A stretch of DNA of 64,000 bases from Escherichia coli (GCF_011045215.1 NZ_CP049201.1), one strand, 5' to 3'; counted from the stretch's first letter, positions 30,182 through 46,166 are shown. Notes: generated by a model not told the origin, from the sequence alone. Numbers and translations are program-made.

Positions 30182-30544
30182 TTAACGCTGCCAGCTTAAG
30201 GTCATGGATACCGAATCGGCGTAGCGCAGCGCGTGCAGTTTATCGATCTCCACTTCAGCATACGTCACCCAGTGATGTTCACGTGCGATATCGAGCACAT
30301 CCTGAGTTAATTTTTCCAGCAAAGAGAAACGGTTATTCTCTACATGCTGAATAATGTTTTTCGTTACGGTGCGATAATTCAGCGCATCGTTGATATCTTC
30401 GCTGGTGCGCGCTTTATCGGCGGGGTAGTGGATCGTCACATTGATAACAATATCCTGACGGTTGTTAATTTCTTCTTCCTTAATTCCGATAAACGTACGC
30501 AAACGAAGGTTCTTTATACGAATAATAGCGGCAGGTTGTGCCAT
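30182..30544 (-). CDS. folX: Dihydroneopterin triphosphate 2'-epimerase
   Basis: 120 aa starting [21 protein letters not shown]. Confidence 0.9.
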
Positions 30545-30600
30545 TGCAGGTTCTCCGTTGTTTTACTTAGGATGAAATAATACACGAGAACCTGTTTCTG

Positions 30601-32077
<1,477 letters not shown>

Positions 32078-32080
32078 TGA

Positions 32081-32635
32081 GTGATGAAACTGATGTTTGC
32101 ATCGGACATTCATGGGTCGTTACCGGCGACGGAACGTGTTCTGGAGTTGTTTGCCCAAAGCGGTGCCCAGTGGCTGGTGATCCTTGGCGACGTGTTGAAT
32201 CACGGCCCGCGTAATGCTTTACCGGAGGGTTACGCGCCAGCCAAAGTCGCTGAACGGCTTAATGAAGTGGCACATAAGGTTATTGCTGTGCGCGGCAACT
32301 GCGACAGCGAAGTGGATCAAATGCTGCTGCATTTCCCGATAACCGCGCCGTGGCAACAGGTATTACTGGAAAAACAACGTCTGTTTTTGACGCATGGTCA
32401 TCTTTTTGGCCCGGAAAATCTGCCTGCTTTAAACCAGAACGATGTGCTGGTGTTCGGCCATACCCATCTGCCAGTGGCAGAACAGCGGGGGGAGATTTTC
32501 CACTTCAACCCCGGCTCGGTGAGTATTCCGAAAGGCGGTAATCCGGCGAGTTATGGCATGCTCGATAATGACGTACTCAGTGTAATCGCACTCAATGATC
32601 AAAGTATCATTGCGCAGGTCGCGATTAATCCGTAA
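32081..32635 (+). CDS. yfcE: Metallophosphoesterase (phosphodiesterase) YfcE
   Basis: 184 aa with motifs DIHG and GNCD...GHTH. Confidence 0.9.
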   Translation: MMKLMFASDIHGSLPATERVLELFAQSGAQWLVILGDVLNHGPRNALPEGYAPAKVAERLNEVAHKVIAVRGNCDSEVDQMLLHFPITAPWQQVLLEKQRLFLTHGHLFGPENLPALNQNDVLVFGHTHLPVAEQRGEIFHFNPGSVSIPKGGNPASYGMLDNDVLSVIALNDQSIIAQVAINP

Positions 32636-32692
32636 TTTACCCACAACTCAAAATGCGCCGTAAGAGCGCCAGAAAAAGAAGGTTTCCTGATA

Positions 32693-33235
32693 ATGGAACA
32701 GCGTCGTTTGGCAAGTACTGAATGGGTGGATATTGTCAATGAAGAGAACGAAGTCATTGCACAAGCCAGCCGGGAACAAATGCGGGCACAGTGTCTGCGT
32801 CATCGTGCAACTTACATCGTCGTGCATGATGGCATGGGCAAAATTCTGGTCCAGCGTCGTACCGAGACAAAAGACTTTTTACCCGGCATGTTAGATGCGA
32901 CCGCAGGCGGTGTGGTTCAGGCCGATGAGCAACTGCTGGAATCCGCGCGTCGCGAAGCGGAAGAAGAGTTGGGCATTGCCGGTGTCCCCTTTGCCGAGCA
33001 CGGGCAGTTCTATTTCGAAGATAAAAATTGCCGTGTCTGGGGCGCATTGTTCAGCTGCGTCTCTCACGGTCCCTTCGCCCTACAGGAAGATGAAGTCAGT
33101 GAAGTTTGCTGGCTGACGCCGGAAGAAATCACCGCACGCTGCGATGAGTTCACTCCAGACTCGCTGAAAGCGCTGGCGTTGTGGATGAAGCGCAATGCCA
33201 AAAATGAAGCCGTAGAGACTGAAACGGCAGAATGA
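32693..33235 (+). CDS. yfcD: Nudix hydrolase YfcD
   Basis: 180 aa with a Nudix box around [10 protein letters not shown]. Confidence 0.9.
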
Positions 33236-33270
33236 AAAAAGAGCCGCAATTGCGGCTCTTAACATTTTTA
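33235..33270. terminator. Bidirectional terminator between convergent yfcD and yfcC
   Basis: Perfect palindrome gagccgcaattgcggctc flanked by an A-run upstream and a T-rich tract downstream. Confidence 0.6.
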
Positions 33271-34788
33271 GTGGTAGCCCATCAACTGAGCGCCGATCAC
33301 CACGACGCTGGACATAATAAACAGCAGTCCAAGCAGGGTCGCGCCCACCTTCAGCCAGTTACGGAAGTCCACCCGGCAAACACCGAGCGTCGCCATTAAC
33401 GAAGCTGAGGTCGGGTAAATGATGTGACTGAAGCCATCACCAAACTGGAACGCCAGCACGGTAACCTGACGGTTAACACCGACCAGATCGCCAAGCGGTG
33501 CCAGTAACGGCATGGTTAACGCCGCCTGACCAGAACCGGACGTCACGAAGAAATTAAATACCGCCTGGAAGAGCAACATAAACCAGGCCGCGACCGCGTT
33601 GTCCAGACCGCTAATGGCATTGGCAATGCTGTTGAGGATAGTATTTAACACGCTGGCATCACCCGCTTCACCATTACCGACCAGCAGCAAAATCCCTTTG
33701 GCGAAACCCACCAGCAGGGCAGGGGCGATCATCATTCGCGCCCCTTCGGTGAAGGATGAAGCCATGGTATTAACCGTCATACCGTTAAGGCGGAAAATAA
33801 CGCCGATGATGCCAATCACCAGACCCATGGTGAAGAACTGGCTGGCAATTTCTGGAATAAACCAGGCATTAACGATCACGCCCCAAATCACCCAGACCAT
33901 TACGGCGGTCAGGACAATCAATACCAGCCAGTCACCAAAGGTAAACGGACGTTGTTCAACATCCGCCTGCTTTTCACGAAAGAAGCGGTCGGACTCATGC
34001 ACGCGTGACAGAAGAGGATTCTTTTTCACTCGTGAGGCGTACACCATGGTAAAGATCAGGCCAATCAGAGTGGCGATAACCCACACCACGATGCGCAACC
34101 CGGAGCCAGAAAGCACCGGAACGCCGGCAATCCCCTGAGCAACAACCACACAAAACGGGTTCATCCACGAACTGGCAAAACCGATTTGCGTGGCAATATA
34201 GGTCACCAGGACGGTGGTAATACTGTCATAGCCCAGCCGGACCATTAGCGGTGCGATGATAATGGCAAAGGCGACGGCCTCTTCCCCCATACCAAATACC
34301 GCGCCGCCAAGTGAAAACAGAATAAACAGCGCAGGAATAAAGAGAATTTCATTCCCGCGGGTATGGCGAATAAGCGCCAGGATACCGTTATCAATGGTTC
34401 CTGTACGCATCACAATGCCAAACGCGCCGCCAATCACCAGCATAAACATGATGATGCCAACGGCTGTCCCGTATTTCGATCCTGAGGTTAACCCTTCAAA
34501 CGGGAAGTTCATCAGGCCCGGGCGTTCATCGCCCGTCGTGAACAGCTGTACGCGGTGATACTCAGGTTCGCCTGCTTCGTTAGTCAGAATGCGAAATGAG
34601 TGTGGATCTACGACTTTGCGTGTTTTTGTTTGACCATCAACCTGATACTGCACTTCCTGACTGTCAAACATCCCCACCGGAACTACCCAGGTGGCAAGGC
34701 TGGTTAAAATAGCAACAAAAAAGATAATCACCAACGTATCGGGCATTGCCCATCTTCTTGTTGGTTTGGATTCAGTGATTGCGGACAT
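33268..34788 (-). CDS. yfcC: Putative inner-membrane transporter YfcC
   Basis: Polytopic membrane protein. Start taken at MSAITESK (506 aa); the track ORF extends to 34809. Confidence 0.9.
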   Translation of the reverse strand: MSAITESKPTRRWAMPDTLVIIFFVAILTSLATWVVPVGMFDSQEVQYQVDGQTKTRKVVDPHSFRILTNEAGEPEYHRVQLFTTGDERPGLMNFPFEGLTSGSKYGTAVGIIMFMLVIGGAFGIVMRTGTIDNGILALIRHTRGNEILFIPALFILFSLGGAVFGMGEEAVAFAIIIAPLMVRLGYDSITTVLVTYIATQIGFASSWMNPFCVVVAQGIAGVPVLSGSGLRIVVWVIATLIGLIFTMVYASRVKKNPLLSRVHESDRFFREKQADVEQRPFTFGDWLVLIVLTAVMVWVIWGVIVNAWFIPEIASQFFTMGLVIGIIGVIFRLNGMTVNTMASSFTEGARMMIAPALLVGFAKGILLLVGNGEAGDASVLNTILNSIANAISGLDNAVAAWFMLLFQAVFNFFVTSGSGQAALTMPLLAPLGDLVGVNRQVTVLAFQFGDGFSHIIYPTSASLMATLGVCRVDFRNWLKVGATLLGLLFIMSSVVVIGAQLMGYH

Positions 34789-34977
34789 AGCGCAAATATT
34801 CCCTTGCACAAAACAAAGTGGTAAGTATGCAAAGTGAAATGGCGCAATTCATTGATGCAGCGCAGTTAAGCAAGATAATCAGAAAGGATTAATGCAAATT
34901 AAGAGAATAAAAAACCGGAAATAGTGACTATTTCCGGTTCAGATATCCGCAGCGCAAAGCTGCGGATGATGACGAGA

Positions 34978-37122
34978 TTACTGCTGCTGTGCAGACTGAA
35001 TCGCAGTCAGCGCGATGGTGTAGACGATATCGTCAACCAGTGCGCCACGGGACAGGTCGTTAACCGGCTTGCGCATACCCTGCAGCATCGGCCCGATGGA
35101 GATCAGGTCGGCAGAACGCTGTACCGCTTTGTAGGTGGTGTTACCGGTGTTCAGATCCGGGAAGATGAACACGGTAGCGCGACCTGCAACCGGAGAGTTC
35201 GGCGCTTTGGATTTCGCAACGTCAGCCATTACCGCAGCGTCGTACTGCAGCGGACCGTCGATCATCAGGTCAGGACGTTTTTCCTGCGCCAGACGAGTTG
35301 CTTCGCGAACTTTTTCTACGTCGCTACCTGCACCAGAAGTACCGGTGGAGTAGGAGAGCATAGCAACGCGCGGTTCGATACCGAAGGCTGCAGCGGAATC
35401 AGCGGACTGAATCGCGATTTCTGCCAGCTGTTCTGCGGTCGGATCCGGGTTGATCGCACAGTCACCGTAAACGTAAACCTGTTCCGGCAGCAGCATGAAG
35501 AACACGGAAGATACCAGGGAGCTGCCCGGTGCAGTTTTGATCAGCTGCAGCGGCGGACGGATGGTGTTAGCGGTAGTGTGAACAGCACCGGAAACCAGAC
35601 CATCAACTTCATCCTGTTCCAGCATCAGCGTACCGAGCACCACGTTGTCTTCCAGCTGTTCGCGGGCAACGGTTTCGGTCATGCCTTTGTTCTTACGCAG
35701 CTCGACCAGACGACCAACATAGCTTTCGCGAACCACTTCTGGATCAACGATTTCAATGCCTGCACCCAGTTCTACACCCTGAGACGCTGCAACACGGTTG
35801 ATCTCTGCCGGATTACCCAGCAGTACGCAAGTTGCGATACCACGTTCAGCACAGATAGCGGCTGCTTTAACGGTACGCGGTTCGTCACCTTCCGGCAGTA
35901 CGATACGTTTGCCCGCTTTGCGCGCAAGTTCAGTCAGCTGATAACGGAACGCTGGCGGAGACAGACGACGGCTGCGCTCAGAAGTGGCAGTCAGAGAATC
36001 GATCCAGTCAGCGTTGATGTAGTTAGCAACGTATTCCTGAACTTTCTCGATACGCTCGTGATCGTCAACTGGAACTTCCAAGTTGAAGCTCTGCAGGCTC
36101 AGAGAAGTCTGCCAGGTGTTGGTGTTCACCATAAATACCGGCAGGCCGGTAGCGAAAGCACGTTCGCACAGTTTAGAAATGCGCGCGTCCATTTCGTAGC
36201 CGCCAGTCAGCAGCAGGGCACCGATTTCTACGCCGTTCATGGCAGCCAGGCAAGCGGCAACCAGCACGTCAGGACGGTCTGCGGAAGTCACCAGCAGAGA
36301 ACCGGCACGGAAGTGCTCCAGCATGTGCGGAATGCTGCGTGCGCAGAAAGTGACGGATTTAACGCGGCGAGTATTGATGTCGCCTTCGTTGATGATGGTC
36401 GCATTCAGGTGGCGAGCCATATCGATCGCACGAGTCGCGATCAGGTCAAAGCTCCACGGCACAGCGCCGAGAACCGGCAGCGGGCTGGATTCTTGCAGCT
36501 TCGCCGGATCAACATTGTTTACTTTAGCTTTGGAAGAGTCGTCGAAAATCTCGGACAGATCCGGGCGAGTACGACCCTGTTCATCAACCGGTGCGTTCAG
36601 TTTGTTAACGATAACGCCGGTGATGTTGGTGTTTTTGGCACCGCCGAAGCTGTTGCGGGTCAGTTCGATACGCTCTTTCAGCTGTTCCGGGGTGTCAGTG
36701 CCCTGAGACATAACGAAGACGATTTCCGCATTCAGCGTTTTAGCGATTTCGTAGTTCAGAGACTGGGCAAACTGGTGCTTACGTGTCGGGACCAGACCTT
36801 CAACCAGAACGACTTCAGCGTCTTTGGTGTTAGCGTGGTAGTTTGCGACGATCTCTTCCATCAGCACATCTTTCTGATTGCTGGAAAGTAGACCTTCAAC
36901 GTAGCTCATTTTCAGCGGTTCAGCGGCCGTCGTGGTGGAAGAGTTCGCACGCACGATAGTCGTAGTCTGATCGGGCGCATCGCCACCGGTACGCGGCTGA
37001 GCGATAGGTTTGAAAACGCTCAGACGAACGCCTTTGCGTTCCATTGCACGGATCACGCCAAGGCTGACGCTGGTCAGACCGACGCTGGTTCCGGTAGGGA
37101 TCAGCATAATAATACGGGACAC
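34978..37122 (-). CDS. pta: Phosphate acetyltransferase
   Basis: 714 aa starting [22 protein letters not shown]. Confidence 0.95.
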   Translation of the reverse strand: MSRIIMLIPTGTSVGLTSVSLGVIRAMERKGVRLSVFKPIAQPRTGGDAPDQTTTIVRANSSTTTAAEPLKMSYVEGLLSSNQKDVLMEEIVANYHANTKDAEVVLVEGLVPTRKHQFAQSLNYEIAKTLNAEIVFVMSQGTDTPEQLKERIELTRNSFGGAKNTNITGVIVNKLNAPVDEQGRTRPDLSEIFDDSSKAKVNNVDPAKLQESSPLPVLGAVPWSFDLIATRAIDMARHLNATIINEGDINTRRVKSVTFCARSIPHMLEHFRAGSLLVTSADRPDVLVAACLAAMNGVEIGALLLTGGYEMDARISKLCERAFATGLPVFMVNTNTWQTSLSLQSFNLEVPVDDHERIEKVQEYVANYINADWIDSLTATSERSRRLSPPAFRYQLTELARKAGKRIVLPEGDEPRTVKAAAICAERGIATCVLLGNPAEINRVAASQGVELGAGIEIVDPEVVRESYVGRLVELRKNKGMTETVAREQLEDNVVLGTLMLEQDEVDGLVSGAVHTTANTIRPPLQLIKTAPGSSLVSSVFFMLLPEQVYVYGDCAINPDPTAEQLAEIAIQSADSAAAFGIEPRVAMLSYSTGTSGAGSDVEKVREATRLAQEKRPDLMIDGPLQYDAAVMADVAKSKAPNSPVAGRATVFIFPDLNTGNTTYKAVQRSADLISIGPMLQGMRKPVNDLSRGALVDDIVYTIALTAIQSAQQQ

Positions 37123-37196
37123 GGTTTATCCTCTTTCGTTACCGCCGATTTGGCGGGTTACAAAACAGCACCGCCAGCTGAGCTGGCGGTGTGAAA

Positions 37197-38399
37197 TCAG
37201 GCAGTCAGGCGGCTCGCGTCTTGCGCGATAACCAGTTCTTCGTTGGTTGGGATAACCACCGCAGGACGGGTACCTTCTTTGTTGATGAAACCAGATTTGC
37301 CGAAACGTGCAGCCAGGTTGCGTTCATGATCAACTTCAAAGCCCAGCACGCTCAGTTTGCCCAGAGACAGTTCACGAACCATCGCGGCATTTTCACCGAT
37401 ACCACCGGTGAATACAACAGCGTCCAGACGACCATCCATCAGCGCAGTGTAGGCACCGATGTATTTCGCCAGGCGGTGGCAGTAAACGTCCATTGCGCGC
37501 TTCGCGTCTTCTTTCGTCGCGTAGTTGTCTTCAACATAGCGGCAGTCGCTGGTCACTTCGGTCAGACCCAGCAGGCCAGACTCTTTGGTCAGCAGTTTGT
37601 TGATTGCGTCAACGCTCATGCCCAGGGTGTCGTGCAGGTGGAAGATGATCGCCGGATCGATATCACCAGAACGGGTACCCATGACCAGACCTTCCAGCGG
37701 GGTCAGGCCCATAGAGGTGTCAACGCATTTACCGTTGCGGATAGCAGAAACGGAACCACCGTTGCCCAGGTGGCAGGTGATGATGTTCAGTTCTTCTACC
37801 GGTTTGTTCAGCATTTTTGCCGCTTCCTGGGTTACATAGAAGTGGCTGGTGCCGTGCGCGCCGTAACGACGGATGCCGTGCTCTTTGTACAGGTTGTACG
37901 GCAGGGCGTAGAGGTAAGACTCTTCCGGCATAGTCTGGTGGAACGCGGTGTCAAATACAGCAACGTTTTTGTCTTTCAGCTGTGGGAAAGATTTCAGAGC
38001 TTCTTCGATACCGATCAGGTGAGCCGGGTTGTGCAGCGGTGCAAAAGAAGCTGCATCTTTGATACCCTGAATAACAGACTCATCGATCACTACGGAGCTG
38101 GTATACTTTTCGCCGCCGTGTACGATACGGTGACCGATAGCAGTCAGCTGCGCAGACAGTTCTGGTTTTTGTGCCAGAATAGTATTAACGATAAAGTTGA
38201 GCGCTTCGCTGTGAGCGGCGCCTGCACCTAAAGCCGCTTCCTGTTTATTGCCGTCCATTTTCCATTTGATACGTGCTTCGGGCAGGTGGAAACATTCGGC
38301 TAAACCAGAAAGGTACTCTTCACCATTTACTGCATCGATGATGGCAAATTTCAGTGAAGAACTACCGCAGTTCAGAACCAGTACTAACTTACTCGACAT
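37197..38399 (-). CDS. ackA: Acetate kinase
   Basis: 400 aa starting [20 protein letters not shown]. Confidence 0.95.
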   Translation of the reverse strand: MSSKLVLVLNCGSSSLKFAIIDAVNGEEYLSGLAECFHLPEARIKWKMDGNKQEAALGAGAAHSEALNFIVNTILAQKPELSAQLTAIGHRIVHGGEKYTSSVVIDESVIQGIKDAASFAPLHNPAHLIGIEEALKSFPQLKDKNVAVFDTAFHQTMPEESYLYALPYNLYKEHGIRRYGAHGTSHFYVTQEAAKMLNKPVEELNIITCHLGNGGSVSAIRNGKCVDTSMGLTPLEGLVMGTRSGDIDPAIIFHLHDTLGMSVDAINKLLTKESGLLGLTEVTSDCRYVEDNYATKEDAKRAMDVYCHRLAKYIGAYTALMDGRLDAVVFTGGIGENAAMVRELSLGKLSVLGFEVDHERNLAARFGKSGFINKEGTRPAVVIPTNEELVIAQDASRLTA

Positions 38400-38736
38400 G
38401 GAAGTACCTATAATTGATACGTGGCTAAAAAAACGTCAGGGAGCCATAGAGCGTAGCGCATGATGACACCGACATTTATGATTAACATCATGCACTGCAA
38501 ATTTTTTTTGCATGATGGAAGAAATATCTTGAGTCTATGCCATTTTGCGTAATTTTCAGCCAATGGCATAATGTATATGAATTTGACGACTCAATGAATA
38601 TGTACTACTTAGGCCTTCAGGCTGCTAAAGGATACCTGATAGTGGGTATGGAAGACAAAATGTTTTGAACGTTGTCCCGCTGAGTTGTGAATTTGCACAA
38701 ATTTTTGAATCTTTATATGTGAAGTTGAGGTGAAGC

Positions 38737-39192
38737 ATGTCAACGCCGGATAATCGTTCTGTTAATTTTTTTAGCTTGTTTCGCCGGGGACAGCATTACT
38801 CAAAGACGTGGCCGCTGGAAAAACGCCTTGCCCCGGTCTTTGTCGAAAATCGCGTTATCAAGATGACGCGTTATGCGATCCGTTTTATGCCGCCGATCGC
38901 CGTATTTACTCTCTGCTGGCAGATTGCCCTGGGCGGTCAGCTTGGGCCGGCAGTTGCCACTGCCCTGTTCGCCTTAAGTTTACCCATGCAGGGATTGTGG
39001 TGGCTGGGCAAGCGTTCTGTCACGCCATTACCCCCTGCAATCCTCAACTGGTTTTATGAAGTTCGCGGTAAATTGCAGGAGTCTGGACAGGTGTTGGCAC
39101 CCGTTGAAGGCAAGCCTGATTACCAGGCATTAGCTGACACGCTTAAGCGCGCCTTCAAACAACTGGATAAAACTTTCCTTGATGATTTGTAA
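38737..39192 (+). CDS. yfbV: UPF0208 membrane protein YfbV
   Basis: 151 aa in the conserved position, divergent from ackA. Confidence 0.9.
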
Positions 39193-39196
39193 TTGA

Positions 39197-39769
<573 letters not shown>

Positions 39770-39779
39770 GGAGGCCCGC

Positions 39780-40430
39780 GTGCGGTGCAAAGGTTTTCTG
39801 TTTGATCTTGATGGAACGCTGGTGGATTCCCTGCCTGCGGTAGAACGGGCGTGGAGCAACTGGGCCAGACGTCATGGGTTAGCGCCGGAAGAGGTGCTGG
39901 CTTTCATTCACGGTAAACAGGCGATCACCTCTCTGCGCCATTTTATGGCGGGCAAATCCGAGGCTGATATTGCCGCCGAGTTTACGCGTCTGGAGCAAAT
40001 CGAGGCCACGGAAACCGAAGGTATTACCGCGCTTCCGGGGGCAATCGCCTTACTCAATCATTTGCATAAAGCAGGTATTCCGTGGGCCATTGTGACTTCT
40101 GGCTCCATGCCGGTAGCGCGAGCGCGCCATAAAATAGCTGGGCTTCCCGCACCAGAGGTGTTTGTAACCGCTGAGCGAGTGAAGCGCGGAAAACCAGAAC
40201 CTGATGCGTATCTGTTAGGCGCGCAGCTGCTGGGGCTTGCGCCGCAGGAGTGTGTGGTGGTGGAAGATGCTCCCGCTGGCGTGCTTTCTGGCCTGGCGGC
40301 GGGTTGCCATGTCATTGCGGTTAACGCTCCGGCAGATACCCCGCGCCTGAATGAGGTCGATTTGGTCCTCCACAGTCTGGAGCAAATTACTGTGACCAAA
40401 CAGCCAAATGGCGATGTTATTATTCAGTGA
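39780..40430 (+). CDS. yfbT: HAD-family sugar phosphatase YfbT
   Basis: 216 aa with HAD motif FLFDLDGTLVDS. Confidence 0.9.
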   Translation: MRCKGFLFDLDGTLVDSLPAVERAWSNWARRHGLAPEEVLAFIHGKQAITSLRHFMAGKSEADIAAEFTRLEQIEATETEGITALPGAIALLNHLHKAGIPWAIVTSGSMPVARARHKIAGLPAPEVFVTAERVKRGKPEPDAYLLGAQLLGLAPQECVVVEDAPAGVLSGLAAGCHVIAVNAPADTPRLNEVDLVLHSLEQITVTKQPNGDVIIQ

Positions 40431-40449
40431 AACACCTGATCATGATTTA

Positions 40450-40473
40450 GCCCCGTCTCGTCGGGGCTTTTTT
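40450..40473 (+). terminator. Intrinsic terminator after yfbT
   Basis: gccccg-tctcgt-cggggc stem-loop followed by TTTTTT. Confidence 0.8.
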
Positions 40474-40516
40474 ATGGCAGAATCAAGTCATCCCCCTCAA
40501 TTAACAAGGATAAGTT

Positions 40517-42349
40517 GTGAACGGTGAATTGATTTGGGTTCTTTCATTACTGGCCGTTGCCATCGTCTTGTTTGCGACGGGCAGAGTGCGTATGGATGCG
40601 GTCGCTTTGTTTGTTATTGTCGCGTTTGCATTAAGCGGAACGCTGACAGTCCCAGAAGTATTTTCCGGCTTTTCTGATCCTAACGTTGTCCTGATTGCCG
40701 CCTTGTTTATTATTGGCGATGGTTTGGTCCGTACCGGTGTTGCCACCGTAATGGGAACATGGCTGGTCAAAGTTGCGGGCAACAGTGAAATCAAAATGTT
40801 GGTTTTGTTGATGCTGACCGTCGCGGGGCTTGGCGCGTTTATGAGTTCAACCGGCGTTGTCGCTATCTTTATTCCCGTGGTGTTAAGCGTTGCCATGCGT
40901 ATGCAAACGTCGCCGTCACGTCTGATGATGCCGTTAAGTTTTGCCGGGCTGATTAGCGGCATGATGACGCTGGTGGCGACGCCGCCGAACCTGGTAGTCA
41001 ACAGTGAATTGCTGCGTGAAGGCTATCACGGCTTCAGTTTCTTTAGCGTAACACCTATTGGCCTGGTCGTGCTGGTGCTGGGTATTTTGTATATGTTAAT
41101 GATGCGTTTCATGCTGAAAGGGGATACCCAGACCCCGCAGCGCGAAGGCTGGACGCGTCGAACCTTTCGCGATCTTATCCGTGAATATCGACTGACCGGG
41201 CGTGCGCGACGTCTGGCTATTCGCCCCGGATCGCCAATGATTGGTCAACGGCTGGATGATCTCAAATTACGTGAGCGTTATGGCGCTAACGTCATCGGTG
41301 TTGAACGCTGGCGGCGTTTTCGTCGCGTTATCGTGAACGTTAATGGGGTTTCTGAATTTCGTGCGCGTGACGTTTTGCTTATTGATATGTCTGCGGCTGA
41401 TGTCGATCTCCGGCAATTTTGTAGTGAGCAATTGCTGGAGCCGATGGTACTGCGCGGCGAGTATTTTTCTGACCAGGCCCTTGATGTGGGCATGGCAGAG
41501 ATTTCATTAATTCCTGAGTCAGAACTGATTGGTAAATCGGTGCGCGAAATTGGTTTTCGTACCCGCTACGGACTGAATGTGGTGGGGCTAAAGCGCAATG
41601 GCGTGGCGCTGGAAGGTTCGCTGGCGGATGAGCCTCTGCTGCTGGGCGATATCATCCTGGTTGTGGGTAACTGGAAACTGATCGGTATGCTGGCCAAACA
41701 GGGCCGCGACTTCGTAGCGCTGAACTTACCGGAAGAGGTGAGTGAAGCATCGCCCGCGCACAGCCAGGCACCCCATGCCATTTTCTGTCTGGTGCTAATG
41801 GTGGCGTTAATGCTGACAGATGAAATTCCTAATCCTGTTGCCGCTATCATCGCCTGCCTGCTGATGGGGAAATTCCGCTGTATAGATGCTGAAAGCGCCT
41901 ATAAATCCATTCACTGGCCGAGCATTATTTTGATCGTTGGGATGATGCCGTTTGCTGTGGCATTACAGAAAACGGGAGGTGTCGCGCTGGCGGTGAAAGG
42001 GCTGATGGACATTGGCGGTGGTTACGGGCCACATATGATGCTGGGTTGTTTGTTTGTCTTGTCGGCGGTTATTGGGCTATTTATCTCTAATACCGCGACG
42101 GCGGTGTTGATGGCTCCGATTGCGCTGGCTGCTGCCAAAACGATGGGGGTGTCGCCTTATCCATTCGCGATGGTCGTGGCGATGGCAGCATCCGCCGCCT
42201 TTATGACACCGGTTTCTTCACCTGTTAACACACTGGTTTTAGGTCCGGGAAATTACAGCTTCAGTGACTTTGTGAAGTTGGGGGTACCGTTCACCATTAT
42301 CGTGATGGCGGTTTGTGTGGTGATGATCCCGATGCTGTTTCCGTTTTGA
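40517..42349 (+). CDS. yfbS: Putative anion transporter YfbS (permease halves with central TrkA-C-like domains)
   Basis: 610 aa with a GTG start; hydrophobic N- and C-terminal halves. Confidence 0.9.
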   Translation: MNGELIWVLSLLAVAIVLFATGRVRMDAVALFVIVAFALSGTLTVPEVFSGFSDPNVVLIAALFIIGDGLVRTGVATVMGTWLVKVAGNSEIKMLVLLMLTVAGLGAFMSSTGVVAIFIPVVLSVAMRMQTSPSRLMMPLSFAGLISGMMTLVATPPNLVVNSELLREGYHGFSFFSVTPIGLVVLVLGILYMLMMRFMLKGDTQTPQREGWTRRTFRDLIREYRLTGRARRLAIRPGSPMIGQRLDDLKLRERYGANVIGVERWRRFRRVIVNVNGVSEFRARDVLLIDMSAADVDLRQFCSEQLLEPMVLRGEYFSDQALDVGMAEISLIPESELIGKSVREIGFRTRYGLNVVGLKRNGVALEGSLADEPLLLGDIILVVGNWKLIGMLAKQGRDFVALNLPEEVSEASPAHSQAPHAIFCLVLMVALMLTDEIPNPVAAIIACLLMGKFRCIDAESAYKSIHWPSIILIVGMMPFAVALQKTGGVALAVKGLMDIGGGYGPHMMLGCLFVLSAVIGLFISNTATAVLMAPIALAAAKTMGVSPYPFAMVVAMAASAAFMTPVSSPVNTLVLGPGNYSFSDFVKLGVPFTIIVMAVCVVMIPMLFPF

Positions 42350-42354
42350 CAAGA

Positions 42355-42400
42355 GCCTGATGTCGCATCCGGCGCTTATTGCCTGATGCGACGCAGACTC
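42355..42400. repeat. REP element downstream of yfbS
   Basis: gcctgatgtcgcatccggcg...gcctgatgcgacgc REP-type palindromes. Confidence 0.75.
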
Positions 42401-42407
42401 CGGCTGC

Positions 42408-43007
42408 TTACAGCGGTGAATCCTGGCTAATCTCATCGAGCGAAAGTTGGAAGCTGGGAACAAATACTTCCATGAAGTAGTCCATCTCCTGGCTGCGACG
42501 CGCTTCAAGCGTCGCTTCCAGTCGCGTTTTTGCCAGCAAGAATTCATTATTTCCGGCCGCGAGTTCTTCCAGACATTTCAGATATGCACACAGTGCATCT
42601 GCCTGTTTCACCAGCGATTTTTCTTCATCGCTATATGCATGCTCGTCAATTAACGGCGCAAAGATATCCCGCAGCTCTTCCGGAACCATATCGACCAGTT
42701 TTTGCTGAGCGATTTTTTCAATAGCCTTGTACTCCTGAGCGATTTGCGAATTGAAGTATTTCACCGGAGTAGGGAGATCGCCGGTGAGCACTTCTGAGGC
42801 ATCGTGGTACATCGCCAGTAAAGCGATACGTTCGGCGTTGACATTACCGCCAAATTTCCGATTTTTGATAGCTGCCAGCGCATGGGCGACCATCGCTACC
42901 TGCAAACTGTGTTCGGACACATTTTCCGTCCGCACGTTGCGCATGAGCGGCCAGCGGTTAATGAGTTTCAGGCGGGAGAGATGGGCAAAAAAATGGCTCT
43001 GTTTCAT
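42408..43007 (-). CDS. yfbR: 5'-deoxynucleotidase (HD domain) YfbR
   Basis: 199 aa containing [10 protein letters not shown]...[11 protein letters not shown] (HD motif). Confidence 0.9.
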   Translation of the reverse strand: MKQSHFFAHLSRLKLINRWPLMRNVRTENVSEHSLQVAMVAHALAAIKNRKFGGNVNAERIALLAMYHDASEVLTGDLPTPVKYFNSQIAQEYKAIEKIAQQKLVDMVPEELRDIFAPLIDEHAYSDEEKSLVKQADALCAYLKCLEELAAGNNEFLLAKTRLEATLEARRSQEMDYFMEVFVPSFQLSLDEISQDSPL

Positions 43008-43090
43008 AGTGACCTTACGTATGATGACATCATCAGGTCATTGTGGCGGGATAACACTGCCGGATGCAATCTCCGGCAGTGAAATTAAGA

Positions 43091-44308
43091 TTACAGCTGA
43101 TGATAACCAGAAAGGAAACGCGCGAACTTGCTCAAAGACAGCTCGATATCATCGACACGCGGTAGCGTGACAATGCGGAAGTGATCCGGCCACGGCCAGT
43201 TGAATGCCGTCCCTTGCACCAACAGAACTTTTTCCTGCAACAGGAAATCCAGCACCATTTTCTGATCGTCGTGAATGTTAAAGCGTTTGGCGTCGATTTT
43301 CGGGAACATGTACAGCGCACCACGAGGTTTCACGCAGGAAACGCCCGGAATATCGTTGATCAATTCCCACGCGCGGTTACGCTGCTCATAAAGACGACCG
43401 CCAGGGGTAATAAATTCACTGATGCTCTGATAACCACCCAGCGCGGTCTGAATGGCGTGTTGCGCAGGAACGTTAGCACACAGGCGCATTGAAGCCAGCA
43501 TTTCCAGACCTTCGATGTAGCCTTTGGCGTGTTTTTTCGGCCCGTTCAACACCATCCATCCCTGACGGAAGCCTGCAACGCGGTACGTTTTCGACAGTCC
43601 ATTAAAGGTAATGGTCAGCAGGTCAGGTGCCAGCGGCGCAATTGAGTGATGCTCAGCGTCGTCGTAGAGAATTTTGTCATAAATTTCATCGGCGAAGATA
43701 ATGAGATTATGCTGACGTGCAATCTCCACAATCTCCATTAAAAGCTCTTTGGAATATACCGCGCCGGTTGGGTTATTTGGGTTGATAATAACGATCCCAC
43801 GCGTACGAGGCGTAATTTTAGCGCGAATATCATCGAGGTCCGGGAACCAGTCAGAGGATTCATCGCAAAGATAATGCACCGCTTTACCGCTGGAAAGCGA
43901 AACCGCCGCGGTCCATAGTGGGTAATCTGGTGCAGGAACCAACATTTCGTCCCCGCTGTTCAGCAATGCCTGCATTGCCTGAACGATAAGCTCCGATACA
44001 CCATTGCCGATGTAAATATCTTCCACGGTAACATCACGCATGCCACGAGCCTGGTAGTGCTGCATGATGGCTTTACGCGCGGAGTAAAGACCTTTGGAAT
44101 CGCAATACCCTTGAGCTGTAGGCAGGTTGCGTATCACGTCAACGAGGATTTCATCTGGCGCGTCAAAACCGAACGGGGCTGGGTTGCCGATGTTCAGTTT
44201 CAGTACCTTGTTACCTTCTTCTTCCAGGCGTTTTGCTTCTTTCAGCACCGGACCACGGATGTCATAACAGACATTCTCTAATTTGCTGGATTTTTCAATG
44301 GGGGACAT
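43091..44308 (-). CDS. alaA: Glutamate-pyruvate aminotransferase AlaA
   Basis: 405 aa PLP-dependent aminotransferase starting MSPIEKSSKLENVCYDIRGPV. Confidence 0.95.
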   Translation of the reverse strand: MSPIEKSSKLENVCYDIRGPVLKEAKRLEEEGNKVLKLNIGNPAPFGFDAPDEILVDVIRNLPTAQGYCDSKGLYSARKAIMQHYQARGMRDVTVEDIYIGNGVSELIVQAMQALLNSGDEMLVPAPDYPLWTAAVSLSSGKAVHYLCDESSDWFPDLDDIRAKITPRTRGIVIINPNNPTGAVYSKELLMEIVEIARQHNLIIFADEIYDKILYDDAEHHSIAPLAPDLLTITFNGLSKTYRVAGFRQGWMVLNGPKKHAKGYIEGLEMLASMRLCANVPAQHAIQTALGGYQSISEFITPGGRLYEQRNRAWELINDIPGVSCVKPRGALYMFPKIDAKRFNIHDDQKMVLDFLLQEKVLLVQGTAFNWPWPDHFRIVTLPRVDDIELSLSKFARFLSGYHQL

Positions 44309-45224
44309 GAATCTTGACCTTTTTTGTTGTTATCGCCACTCCCTGCCGTGGAAGTCAGCTTAGAACAATGTACTCCCCCAGGACGGTGTTTTGAAGGTCT
44401 GCAGAATAAGATTTTGCCAGAGGGGAGGGCTCGATTGTGCTGTTAATAACTTAATAATGACAAAATAATGAGGTGTATATGCTTTACATGCAATGTTATA
44501 TAGTGAATTGTTCTGATTCTTAATTGTAAGTCTGGTTTTTTTATCTGTAAGATAATTGTGTGAAAATGCCTCATTTAAGAATTCACTAATGAAACGCGAT
44601 GATGATATTTCCGCATTACGGAGAGTTTAACAGCGTGATGATTTCCGAGGTGTCGCAATGGGGGCAAGGTGTGAAACTATTGTTAAGCGGAATTAATGAA
44701 TGAGGATGATGCTAATTAATTATTATTTAATATTCAAAAAGGTTTTGATGTGCTTATTAATAATAGAAGATTACTTTGCCTAACATAACATAACTTTGCA
44801 TCAGATAATTCGCAATGACCCTTATAAATAAAAGGTTTTTGGGGTAAAATGCTCGCATAAATGACGGATCCCTGCTCTTGATGCCGCCTCACCATTGCTG
44901 TTTGTACGTGTTCGCGTATGACCAGCGATGCTGCACGAGAGTGGAACAAGGACTCACATTTACATTTATACAAACACGCGCATGTCATAAATAGAAAAGA
45001 GTGAGTAACTTAATAGATATGCGATCCCTGAAGATATATTCTGTGATCTACTTCAGGCATTATAACGGAACAATGTGAGTCGCTTTTTTAGTGCAACTCA
45101 TATGCATTTTTACTTTCGTCCGGGTTCCGGATGAAACTGCCAGGGAGGCACATTACAAATGGAATTGCTTGTTTGTGTGTGCACAGCATTAACCAGCTCA
45201 GTATGAGCCGCCAGTAAGTGATAA

Positions 45225-46166
<942 letters not shown>

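Noticed and set aside
34924-36891. 655-aa plus-strand ORF antisense to pta
   Set aside because: Lies entirely within the well-supported pta gene on the opposite strand; composition is Arg/Val/Gln-rich shadow-frame type, with no Shine-Dalgarno context.
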